A stretch of DNA of 64,000 nt from Gammaproteobacteria bacterium. GTDB taxonomy: Bacteria; Pseudomonadota; Gammaproteobacteria; Eutrophobiales; Eutrophobiaceae. Below the pieces are notes generated by a model. It did not search any database. It was not told the origin of the DNA and was given only the letters and a program-made list of their open reading frames with translations. Every line of letters starts with the position of its first letter. Positions within the stretch are counted from its first letter, which is position 1. The stretch spans positions 1,792,001 through 1,856,000 of the forward strand of contig CBDEUK010000002.1 in NCBI GenBank assembly GCA_965243205.1, written 5' to 3'. The position numbers and the translations under genes are program-made. Below are positions 49,453-59,318 of this stretch, piece by piece.

Positions 49453-49735
49453 GTATAAAACTCCAATGGTTTTGATGTTTTACTGAGGTTATTTATTGAG
49501 TAAATAATCCGAGATTAGCTAGTTAAGCCATTGTTTATTAATACTTATATGGATTATCTAGAAAATGGAATTTATGGATAAGCGTTTTCTGACAAACACC
49601 AACTTATCGCAATGCAACATATTGTACAGAATTTAATCGGTTTGTAAATTATGTTTTTATTACGGATTTTTTTGATTCAAGATCAGTAGAGGTGTTTGCA
49701 TAAATAACAACCGTTAGATCTTTTATATTATTAAG

Positions 49736-50638
49736 CTACTCTTTTTCTATTCCACCAAATTCTTGGAGTAATTCATTAATAAATTGGTTGAGTTGCAATG
49801 ACATAATTACAAAATCTTGATCGAATTGTGTTGCTCTATCATCATAATCACTCTCAGCTTGTTCTTGGATAATTTCTTCAAAACGTAAACGTTTGATTGA
49901 AAAATCATCGGCTAATACAAACCGAATGGCTTCGCGCCAGATAATGGCTAGTTGAATAACTCGTTTACCGGCTTTGATATGATTTAATACTTCGTTGCTT
50001 TCGAGTTCTTGGTTTTTACAACGTACAATGTTTTTACTTTCGCGTGGGTTTTGCAGTTCACAATCTCCATCTACATCAAAACCATTTGGAGTGTGATCTT
50101 CTAACCAACGAGTCATGATGTTGGCTGCATCACCATGACACTTTAAAGGAACGACAGGTAACTTACCTAAGGTAGCGCGTAAATGTTCTAGAAATTCTTC
50201 TGCTTTAGTATTACTGGATGTATCGATGATTAAAAAATTATCTTTGCGATCAAAATAAGCAAAGGTTAAAAAGGAACGCGTTAAAGCTTGAGGCAACAAA
50301 CTATGAGTGACATCTTCTTTGAATTGACGTTTTTCGCGGCGATAAACTTCTCGAGATTGAGCGGCCTCAAATTCAAGAATTTTTTCTTCGACTTTTTCAT
50401 TAATAGCCGCGGCAGGTAAGATCTTTTCCTGTTTACGTGCACAGAAGATAGTGAATGCTCCTGTCGTATGCGTCAGCATTTCACTGTTCTTTCCCATAGG
50501 CGGAACCCAACCATAAGTTGAGAAGTCCATTTTGCCACAGGCTTGAAAAGCCATTTCTTGTAGAGCAGATTCTAAAGTTTCCGCAGATAAATCAATATCG
50601 TCAGTAATACGATATATTCGAAGGTTCTTAAACCACAT
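49736..50638 (-). CDS. rdgC: Recombination-associated protein RdgC
   Basis: MWFKNLRIYR, GWVPPMG, KILPA. Confidence 0.96.
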   Translation of the reverse strand: MWFKNLRIYRITDDIDLSAETLESALQEMAFQACGKMDFSTYGWVPPMGKNSEMLTHTTGAFTIFCARKQEKILPAAAINEKVEEKILEFEAAQSREVYRREKRQFKEDVTHSLLPQALTRSFLTFAYFDRKDNFLIIDTSSNTKAEEFLEHLRATLGKLPVVPLKCHGDAANIMTRWLEDHTPNGFDVDGDCELQNPRESKNIVRCKNQELESNEVLNHIKAGKRVIQLAIIWREAIRFVLADDFSIKRLRFEEIIQEQAESDYDDRATQFDQDFVIMSLQLNQFINELLQEFGGIEKE

Positions 50639-50714
50639 AGAGTTAATGCTGCCTTAAAAAAGTGAAGGATTATCTCGTAGAGAGACTTCTTGAAGCAAGT
50701 CGAATTATGTGCAT

Positions 50715-50739
50715 AAAAAAAGCCGCCCACAGGCGGCTT
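50715..50739 (-). terminator. Intrinsic terminator after folD
   Basis: AAGCCGCC-caca-GGCGGCTT with an upstream A-tract (U-tract on the minus strand). Confidence 0.8.
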
Positions 50740-50765
50740 GTAATCTTAATAAATATTTTGTTGAT

Positions 50766-51617
50766 TTAGCTAAGAGTTTTTTCTGCCGAAAGTACAGTAT
50801 TTGCGACCAGCATTGTAATGGTCATAGGGCCAACACCACCAGGAACAGGTGTGATGTGCCCTGCTAATTCTTTGCAGCTTTCGAAATCAACATCGCCGAC
50901 TAAGCGACCGTCATCTAAACGGTTAATGCCAACGTCAATAACAATAGAGCCTGGTTTGATCATATCGCCCGTGATCATTTCAGGTCGACCTGTGGCAACA
51001 ACTAATATGTCAGCCATGCTAGTATAAAATTTTAAATCTTTGGTTTTTGAAGTACAGATACTGACCGTTGCGCTTTCTTGTAACAACATTAGAGCCATAG
51101 GCTTGCCAACAATATTACTACGGCCAATAACCACCGCATTTTGCCCGGCAATATCTGCATCGATATGGTCAAGCATTGCCATAACACCGTATGGTGTACA
51201 AGGAGGAAATACGGTATTGCCGGCAACTAAGCCACCTAAGTTATAGAGATGAAAGCCATCGACGTCTTTTTCAGCAGAGATGGTTTCTAATACCTTATCG
51301 ACATCAATTTGTTTAGGTAGAGGAAGTTGAACCAAAATACCATGAATGTCTGAATCCATATTTAAATTGTTAATACGCTCTAATAGCATATCTTCACTGG
51401 TATCTTCTGGTAGTTCGATCATTTCTGAATGTAGACCTAAGTCATGGCATGCTTTGACTTTATTCCTGACATACACTCGTGAAGCTGGGTTATCACCGAC
51501 AATGATGACTGCAAGTCCTGGTAACACCCCTTTAGCTTTTAGGGCGTCAGCTCTATCTTTCCAATGTTCTCGGACTTTTAAGGCAACGGCTTTACCGTCG
51601 ATGATTTCTGCGGTCAT
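50766..51617 (-). CDS. folD: Methylenetetrahydrofolate dehydrogenase/cyclohydrolase
   Basis: [31 protein letters not shown]. Confidence 0.97.
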   Translation of the reverse strand: MTAEIIDGKAVALKVREHWKDRADALKAKGVLPGLAVIIVGDNPASRVYVRNKVKACHDLGLHSEMIELPEDTSEDMLLERINNLNMDSDIHGILVQLPLPKQIDVDKVLETISAEKDVDGFHLYNLGGLVAGNTVFPPCTPYGVMAMLDHIDADIAGQNAVVIGRSNIVGKPMALMLLQESATVSICTSKTKDLKFYTSMADILVVATGRPEMITGDMIKPGSIVIDVGINRLDDGRLVGDVDFESCKELAGHITPVPGGVGPMTITMLVANTVLSAEKTLS

Positions 51618-51650
51618 GAAATATTTTCTCCCATTAAACAGTTAATATAT

Positions 51651-52766
51651 TTAACAACAAGACTGTTGAGTATTGTTTTTATGTGTGCCACCTTTGGTTT
51701 CTGCTACGCTGCGTTTAGTATTTGGCGGTGCGCACCAGTTAACCGGCTCTTTTTCTACTGCAGGACTGATGCCAATAAAGTCATCACGATAAGGTCCCTC
51801 AGTACAAAATTGAAAGGTGCGTTCACAAACAGCCATTCTTTCGCCACGTGGAAAAACGTGACCATCATCATCTTCGACTTGACTGTAAAAGCCTTTATAA
51901 ATTACAGCGTGACCTTTGTCGATGCAATCTTTGCCAAGTGGTTTAACAGCGGTTAATGTTACTGAACGAAATTCAATATTTTCGACCACTTGCCATGGTT
52001 CATCAGTCCATTTGTCATATGAAATTGCTTGAAAGCCGACTTCTTTGAACATAGCTAACATTTCTTGTTCTTGAAATGCGCCAGAAATACATCCAGACCA
52101 TAGTTCATCATTCGCTTTTAAATGATCAGGAATAGGTTCATCAGAAATAATGTCTGAAATAGCGATACGACCGCCTGGTTTAACGACACGATATATCTCA
52201 TTTACAAGTTGTTGTTTCTGTTCATCATCAACAAGATTAAGCACGCAGTTAGATATTACTAAGTCAATGGAATTATCTTTTATTAATGGGGTTTCTGAAC
52301 GTTGAGTTTTTTTAAAGGCTTCAAGAGTTTTTAAATCTTCATGATTTGAAATCGGATTTTGTTGTATGAAATCATTTAAATTTTCAACATTCAAAGCCAA
52401 GTCTTGAATTTGTCCTTTTAAAAACGTAACACGATCATTACCAATTTTAGTTGCCATTTCAGGTTGATATTTACGAGCAAGTTGCAGCATATCATCGTTC
52501 ATATCTACACCAATCACCGAGCCATTTTCGCCAACGAGTTGAGCTGCCATATAACAGATCTTGCCACTACCAGAACCTAAATCGAGTACTGTATCGCCTG
52601 TTTGCACGTAACGAGAAGGATCGCCACAACCGTAATCTTTTTCTATAATTTCTTCAGGTAATAGTTTTAATAAAGAAGTATCGTAATCAACAGGACAACA
52701 TAAGGCTTCTTGTCGTTCTTCAGCACCTTGTGAGTATCGTTCAAGGACAGCAGAATCTTTATTCAT
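51651..52766 (-). CDS. ArsM-like SAM-dependent methyltransferase
   Basis: LCCP, DYGCGDP, VLDLGSGSG, ISNCVLNL, WSGCISGA, terminal CC. Confidence 0.82.
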   Translation of the reverse strand: MNKDSAVLERYSQGAEERQEALCCPVDYDTSLLKLLPEEIIEKDYGCGDPSRYVQTGDTVLDLGSGSGKICYMAAQLVGENGSVIGVDMNDDMLQLARKYQPEMATKIGNDRVTFLKGQIQDLALNVENLNDFIQQNPISNHEDLKTLEAFKKTQRSETPLIKDNSIDLVISNCVLNLVDDEQKQQLVNEIYRVVKPGGRIAISDIISDEPIPDHLKANDELWSGCISGAFQEQEMLAMFKEVGFQAISYDKWTDEPWQVVENIEFRSVTLTAVKPLGKDCIDKGHAVIYKGFYSQVEDDDGHVFPRGERMAVCERTFQFCTEGPYRDDFIGISPAVEKEPVNWCAPPNTKRSVAETKGGTHKNNTQQSCC

Positions 52767-53578
52767 GAGTTTTCCTCTGTAGGTTGGTAGTGTTTAAAGG
52801 GTTGAATCAGTAGTGCTAATAATGAAACGGAATCAGTTTGTGGAATTTCATTTAAACCAATGATCATTTTTTCTTGTCCCAGTTTTGGATTATGTTTATA
52901 GCTCTTAAATAATCTATCCCATAAACTGATACTGAAACCATAATTACTATTCGTTTCATTTTTTATCACTGAATGATGTATGCGATGCATATCAGGCGTC
53001 ACAATAAAATAGCGTAGGTATTTATCGAGCTTAATTGGAATATGAATATTACTGTGATTAAAAATAGGTGAAACATTAAGTATTAATTCAAAAATTAAAA
53101 CAGCAAGAATAGGAATACCTAATATCATTACTGCGGTACTTTTAATAATAATGGATAAAATGATTTCGATAGGGTGAAAGCGAATGCCTGAGGTCGCATC
53201 TAAATCTTTATCACTATGATGCATTCGATGTAAGCGCCAAAGTAGAGGAATTTTATGAAACAAGCGGTGTTGCCAGTAGATTAAAAAATCCAATAATAGA
53301 AACGATAAAATAATTACCAGTATCGAATTCATTTCAAATTGTTGAAACAACCCCCATTGATATTTTTCTGTTAAAAGTGCGACGTTTGAAACTGTGATTG
53401 TCGGCAGAAAAAAACGGATGATAAGATTCGAAATAATAATTAGGCTGATGTTATTGACCCGTCGAGACGAAGCAATAGCCATCGTCTGGCGACGAGGGGA
53501 GTATTGTTGCCATAGCAGCATCAATAATAAGCTGCCAATAAATGCTATAATACGGATAATCGCTTCATTCTCTATCAT
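52763..53578 (-). CDS. Sterol desaturase / fatty acid hydroxylase family protein
   Basis: His boxes HRLFH, HRMHH, FNHSN, HRIHH. Confidence 0.9.
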   Translation of the reverse strand: MIENEAIIRIIAFIGSLLLMLLWQQYSPRRQTMAIASSRRVNNISLIIISNLIIRFFLPTITVSNVALLTEKYQWGLFQQFEMNSILVIILSFLLLDFLIYWQHRLFHKIPLLWRLHRMHHSDKDLDATSGIRFHPIEIILSIIIKSTAVMILGIPILAVLIFELILNVSPIFNHSNIHIPIKLDKYLRYFIVTPDMHRIHHSVIKNETNSNYGFSISLWDRLFKSYKHNPKLGQEKMIIGLNEIPQTDSVSLLALLIQPFKHYQPTEENS

Positions 53579-53623
53579 TGTTATTATATCGTCTTAAAAA
53601 ACGTTATTATGACCACAGTTTAA

Positions 53624-54637
<1,014 letters not shown>

Positions 54638-54678
54638 ATTTTTATTGGTAATTGTTTAAAGCATATATAAACAATCAC

Positions 54679-55407
54679 TTAGTCTGTTAAGAAAAATGTA
54701 ATATTTGTAACCACCCTAACATCTTTTTCAATTTTATTAGTGTCACCATAATTTTCGCCGACATCTCGTATTACAAAGCCTCCTTGTCTTGCGCTTCTAA
54801 TTCCTCCAACTTTAACTCCAGCATTTGTTGCAAATTCATTTGCGGCTACTCTAGCATTTTTAGTTGCTTCTTTAAGCATATCAGGCTTTATATCATTAAG
54901 TTTTGTGAAGTGATAAGCAGGAGCATTGTTCGTAACATTTAATCCTTGTGCAATAAGTTTATTTAATTTGGCTCTAACTTCAGCGACTAATTTTACTTTC
55001 TTGGTTTGAACTTCAATTTCACCAATCAATAAATGTTTTTCTTCTACTAGATTCTGGTTTTCGTCTCGAAATTCTTTCTTTACATAATTTATAACGCCTG
55101 GTTTTATTTCATCATTTATAAAGCCACTATCGATTAATAAAGAAATGATTTTATTTTGATCTGTTTCTGATTCTTCATATAAGCGAGGTATTTCAGATTT
55201 TAATTTTCCAGATACTGTATATTGTATCGACCAATAAGCTTTATCAGCTTCAACACGTCGCTCTGCGAGTCCTTTCACTTCAGCAGTATTTAAAGCAACT
55301 TTTGATTTATAAAGAGTTTGGCTAACAAAGTAACCAGCGCTTGCTATCCCTATTGCTAATAATAAAGCTGAAAATGCAGAATGATTTAAGTGTTTATTAT
55401 TTTCCAT
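54679..55407 (-). CDS. SIMPL (DUF541) domain protein
   Basis: VKGLAER, IKPDMLKEATKNAR, KDVRVVT; ATG at 55407 follows GGAG. Confidence 0.87.
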   Translation of the reverse strand: MENNKHLNHSAFSALLLAIGIASAGYFVSQTLYKSKVALNTAEVKGLAERRVEADKAYWSIQYTVSGKLKSEIPRLYEESETDQNKIISLLIDSGFINDEIKPGVINYVKKEFRDENQNLVEEKHLLIGEIEVQTKKVKLVAEVRAKLNKLIAQGLNVTNNAPAYHFTKLNDIKPDMLKEATKNARVAANEFATNAGVKVGGIRSARQGGFVIRDVGENYGDTNKIEKDVRVVTNITFFLTD

Positions 55408-55505
55408 GTGTTGTTCTCCAAAGACTTTTATGTATCTAAATACCAATTAAGAATATATCTATATTCTATAGAGTTTTTATTTTAAATTGTAAAAAATAAT
55501 ATTAA

Positions 55506-56282
55506 TTATTTGATCCAACGGATTTCTAAAGCGGTTTCTTTACCTACTAATACGTATTTTAGTCCTTTAGGAATTTTAGACTCAGTTTCAGAAATAGGAA
55601 TCCTACCGCCCATGATTTCGGCTCTTCTTTGTGGTAATAATGGGTTTCTGTCGGGTTCAGCATAACCAATAGGGTACAGTGGCTGATTATTAGAAAGATC
55701 ATATTTATCGCTAGCACCTAAAGTATGCAACATTTCATGAGTAATGATTACATTGTTCTGAGCATTTTGTTTTTTACTAGAAAATGCATTGACGATGCCG
55801 AGCATGCCTTTTTGTAAGCCTAATGAATGGGCAACGCGAGAAGTTTTGTCTGGATCAAAGTAACGTACAAAAATTTGGATATCTTTGGGAGTTTCAAAAT
55901 TATCATTAGCCCAAGCCCAGTAACGTAACTTCAAACTCCAGAGCATTACGGATAAAACATTACCATTGGCTGGCGGCATCGGGGGTTGCACATTTAATGG
56001 TTTGGCTAAATAAACAGATATAGGTTGATCGGTAGATAGCTTATAACGTTTCGCCTCTCGTTCAATAAAGGTTTCTATTGGTTTAAAGTCTTCAATGGAT
56101 AACTTATGAATGTAAGAATTGGTTTTGCTACTGCCATCTGCATTAATAGGATAAATAACGACCCATAATTTATCATTCCAATCGGTTGAACGAGTCCTTG
56201 TGAGGTACTCGCCCCCTGCGACACCAAATAAAATGATCAATAAAATTAATATTCGTAGATTTTTTAAATTATTACCTGACAT
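55506..56282 (-). CDS. Membrane-anchored putative zinc metallopeptidase
   Basis: N-terminal TM helix; HEMLHTLGASD (HExxHxxGxxD) and AEIMGG Met-turn. Confidence 0.7.
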   Translation of the reverse strand: MSGNNLKNLRILILLIILFGVAGGEYLTRTRSTDWNDKLWVVIYPINADGSSKTNSYIHKLSIEDFKPIETFIEREAKRYKLSTDQPISVYLAKPLNVQPPMPPANGNVLSVMLWSLKLRYWAWANDNFETPKDIQIFVRYFDPDKTSRVAHSLGLQKGMLGIVNAFSSKKQNAQNNVIITHEMLHTLGASDKYDLSNNQPLYPIGYAEPDRNPLLPQRRAEIMGGRIPISETESKIPKGLKYVLVGKETALEIRWIK

Positions 56283-56390
56283 TATTATATCCTTGGTGTT
56301 GCCATAAAACTTTGTAGCAAGGTTGCAGTCATATTTGTATCATACAATTTAGAATATTCTTTAGTCATCTTCTTTAATAGGTAAATTATC

Positions 56391-57245
56391 ATGTTAGTGA
56401 GCGCCAGCCGTTATATTGGATTGTTTTTGTTATTTAGCATTTTTTCTATACAACCTTCTATTGCTGCAGATAAAGATAAATTGTTTGATGAGGCTATACG
56501 CGCCAAACATCGGGATAAGGCTAATATGGAGCGCGATGTGTTTCGACATCCGCGACAAACATTGAATTTCTTTGGTTTATTACCACACATGAATGTTGTC
56601 GAAATTTGGCCTGGTCGAGGATGGTATACGGAAATATTAGCACCGATTATGCGGGATGAAGGGAAACTATATTTGGCAGGTTTTGCATCATCGGCGAAAC
56701 GTGCGCCTGAATGGCGTAAAAAAATGCAGAAGGAATACGAAGCAAAATTAGCTGAGTCTCCTGAGGTATATGATCGAACAATCATAACGGAGCTTTCTAT
56801 TCCTGAAGCAACAGAGATCGCACCAGAACAATCAGTGGATATGATCTTAACTTTTCGAAATGTGCATAACTGGATGAAGGGTGAATATGCAGAAGAAATG
56901 TTTCAGGTTTTTGCCAAAACTTTAAAGCCGGGAGGTGTACTTGGTATTGTTGAACACAGAGCGATTCCTGGTACAAGTTTAGAAGAGATGATCCAATCAG
57001 GTTATGTTACAGAAGAACATGTTATTAAATTGGCGGAAGACGCAGGGTTTGTTTTAGAAGCTCGAACGGATATTAACGCAAATGGTAATGACACGACTCA
57101 ACATCCTAAGGGTGTATGGACATTGCCGCCAACGTTACGATTTTGTAAATCAATCGAAAACGATACTGAAAAAGATCAGTGTATTGATAAATATACAAAA
57201 ATCGGTGAGTCGGATCGTATGACATTAAAGTTTCGAAAACTTTAA
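56391..57245 (+). CDS. Periplasmic class I SAM-dependent methyltransferase-like protein
   Basis: Signal peptide; RHP..TLNFFG, VVEIWPGRGWYT, TFRNVHNW, GESDRMTLKF. Confidence 0.87.
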   Translation: MLVSASRYIGLFLLFSIFSIQPSIAADKDKLFDEAIRAKHRDKANMERDVFRHPRQTLNFFGLLPHMNVVEIWPGRGWYTEILAPIMRDEGKLYLAGFASSAKRAPEWRKKMQKEYEAKLAESPEVYDRTIITELSIPEATEIAPEQSVDMILTFRNVHNWMKGEYAEEMFQVFAKTLKPGGVLGIVEHRAIPGTSLEEMIQSGYVTEEHVIKLAEDAGFVLEARTDINANGNDTTQHPKGVWTLPPTLRFCKSIENDTEKDQCIDKYTKIGESDRMTLKFRKL

Positions 57246-57252
57246 TCTATTA

Positions 57253-58218
57253 TTATTCCCACTCTAGCTCAGAAAACGCCTTGGTAACGTTGCGTTTATG
57301 ATGTTGTTCATGAAGAAGCCAATTGAGTTTTTCATCTTTACCAACTTCATCAACAATCTCTTCCATAAAAGCACCATTATCAAGCTTTTCTCTTATATGA
57401 GTTAATAAATGAGTTAAATAATTATTTTCAGCTTCCATTCCATTAGGCCATTCAACAACAGCTCCATGCCCAGGTATGACATTCGAAAAATTTTCCGTTT
57501 TTAATTGTTCTAATACTTTCAACCAACCTTTTAAACTACCATCTAGCGCAGGTATGCGCTGAACAAACAATAGATCTCCAAGAAAAGCCGTTTGAGATGA
57601 GTTATCGATAACAATTAAATCGGTTGTACTATGAGCACTGGAAAAGGCTTGTAGAGTCAGTTTGCGATTTCCGAGCTCGAGTTCCATTGAATCTTCAACT
57701 AATAGAGTAGGAGAAATAATACCATCATCATTAGCGAATTCTCCTAAGTCTTCTTTAAACTCTGTTAGAAAGAATTCTTTGTTTGCAGGCATCGCTTCAT
57801 ATAAATTTACATGGCCAACAAATTCAGTATTGTCAGATTTGAAAACAGCATTGCCTAATACATGGTCGAAATGTACATGGGTATTAATGACATAACAAAT
57901 AGGTTTATCACTAACTGATTGAATACTGTTTTTAAATGTTTGAGCAATTTTTGTTGAACCACCTGTATCAATTACAGCAATACATTTTTCACCGATAATA
58001 AAACCTAGGTTAGCAATATCATCATGTTCTGCATCATCAAATAATACATGTTTTCCTAAATGTACAAATAAACCCTCTGTAACTTCTGTTAAATTGAATT
58101 CTGGATTAGGAATAGATGCATTATCGTTTTCTAAATCTATCGATGATGCATTATGATTTAAATATACATAAATTGATGCTGGCAATAGTATTAAACAAAT
58201 AAGAATAATTTTTTTCAT
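57253..58218 (-). CDS. MBL-fold metallohydrolase, quinoprotein-relay-system type
   Basis: IANLGFIIG, IDTGG, THVHFDHVLGN, GDLLF, PGHG, ELEWE. Confidence 0.82.
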   Translation of the reverse strand: MKKIILICLILLPASIYVYLNHNASSIDLENDNASIPNPEFNLTEVTEGLFVHLGKHVLFDDAEHDDIANLGFIIGEKCIAVIDTGGSTKIAQTFKNSIQSVSDKPICYVINTHVHFDHVLGNAVFKSDNTEFVGHVNLYEAMPANKEFFLTEFKEDLGEFANDDGIISPTLLVEDSMELELGNRKLTLQAFSSAHSTTDLIVIDNSSQTAFLGDLLFVQRIPALDGSLKGWLKVLEQLKTENFSNVIPGHGAVVEWPNGMEAENNYLTHLLTHIREKLDNGAFMEEIVDEVGKDEKLNWLLHEQHHKRNVTKAFSELEWE

Positions 58219-58307
58219 AGTCTAATAACCTTTAAGTTATAAAGAATAAAAACATCGTTCTTATCTATAAAAATAATAACAGAGAAAAATAATATTCAAA
58301 TTCGTTA

Positions 58308-58652
58308 TCATCTTTTTCTAAGTGCTGATTCAGTAAAATTGATTCCATCCCAACCAGTCTGCATGAATTGACGAATATTTGCATGATTATCTGCTTCGGG
58401 ATTTTTTAAAACATCGTTGCGATAAAAGCGACCAAAACAATGTAAGGTATCTTGTTCTGATAATCCCATTTCTTTAGCAAATGCAAAAATTTTGCATGAA
58501 CCTTCATTTTCACCAGCCTGGTTAATTAATTGATGGTTGTGAAAAGTAACAGGTGTGTAAATAAACTGTCCTTCTATGGTTGATATGGTATCTTCAAAAT
58601 CTAAAGTTTCTGGTTCTATTTCTAAGCGTTGTATAAATTCTTGTGGAGTCAT
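58308..58652 (-). CDS. HopJ-family protein
   Basis: NQAGENEGSCKIFAFA, HANIRQFM..GWDGI. Confidence 0.88.
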   Translation of the reverse strand: MTPQEFIQRLEIEPETLDFEDTISTIEGQFIYTPVTFHNHQLINQAGENEGSCKIFAFAKEMGLSEQDTLHCFGRFYRNDVLKNPEADNHANIRQFMQTGWDGINFTESALRKR

Positions 58653-58655
58653 AGT

Positions 58656-59021
58656 TTGTTTTATCGAAGTTTAAAAATTTTTATTGTAATGCTTGGGGTA
58701 TATTTTAACAGTAATCTCTTTGCTTTAGAGAAAGAATCTCCTACAGGGAAAGATTTATTAAAATCATGTCAATCTTTGTTGTCTTCGCAAGCGACAGAAA
58801 TGCAACATATGTTATGTACCTGGTATATTTTGCCTTGTGATTGTGAACAAAAAGATGAATCTATTCCAAGGGTTTGTTTACCCAGTAAGGTTGATGAAAC
58901 AGAATTAGCAAAAATAATAGTCAATGATTTAAATCTAAATCAAGATTTACAAAGAAAATCGTCGCAATTTGCAGCAAATACAATTTTACAAAGATACTAT
59001 CCGTGCAAAAAGGAAAATTAA
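58656..59021 (+). CDS. Secreted Rap1a/Tai-like immunity-family protein
   Basis: TTG at 58656 follows GGAG (58645-58648); signal peptide; TGKDLLKSC...C..Y...VCLP...YPC pattern. Confidence 0.65.
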   Translation: MFYRSLKIFIVMLGVYFNSNLFALEKESPTGKDLLKSCQSLLSSQATEMQHMLCTWYILPCDCEQKDESIPRVCLPSKVDETELAKIIVNDLNLNQDLQRKSSQFAANTILQRYYPCKKEN

Positions 59022-59025
59022 ATTA

Positions 59026-59259
59026 TTAAGAAACTTTTGGAAGGAAGCGCGAAGGAATCTTTTCTATTAATGGACCTAGCTTTTTATGCTCAAGCAGCGA
59101 TTGAAAGCATTTTTTGTCGGCCCATGCAAAACACCAGGCAGCAGCTATCAAGAAGCAAGTAGTGGGCATTAATGGTACAAAAATACCAATGATACCCAGG
59201 CCGATGGACATAATACCCACGGCGATCAGAAGCCTTTGTTTGAGGTTGTGTTTGTACAT
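59026..59259 (-). CDS. Short YbaN/DUF454-like membrane protein
   Basis: LGIIGIFVPLMPTT.FL...CF; shorter than typical YbaN. Confidence 0.7.
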   Translation of the reverse strand: MYKHNLKQRLLIAVGIMSIGLGIIGIFVPLMPTTCFLIAAAWCFAWADKKCFQSLLEHKKLGPLIEKIPSRFLPKVS

Positions 59260-59318
59260 GAAATTTATATCGGAAGAAAAAAAAATTTCTTTAATTAAAA
59301 AGCGTTATTTTATAGACC

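Larger units (their letters stand above)
49368..49615 (-). ncRNA. Candidate small RNA / dual-function transcript
   Basis: Predicted promoter TTTACA(49648-49643)-16-TACAAT(49626-49621), no long ORF, CCCCUCCUCU just before the terminator. Confidence 0.4.

Noticed and set aside
51651-52766. Selenocysteine recoding in Cys-rich proteins (ArsM-like, peroxiredoxin, DUF899)
   Set aside because: Catalytic positions are ordinary Cys and no in-frame TGA interrupts the domains
58308-58652. HopJ 'type III effector' as a sign of a T3SS
   Set aside because: The family is common in non-pathogens, and there are no secretion genes in the window
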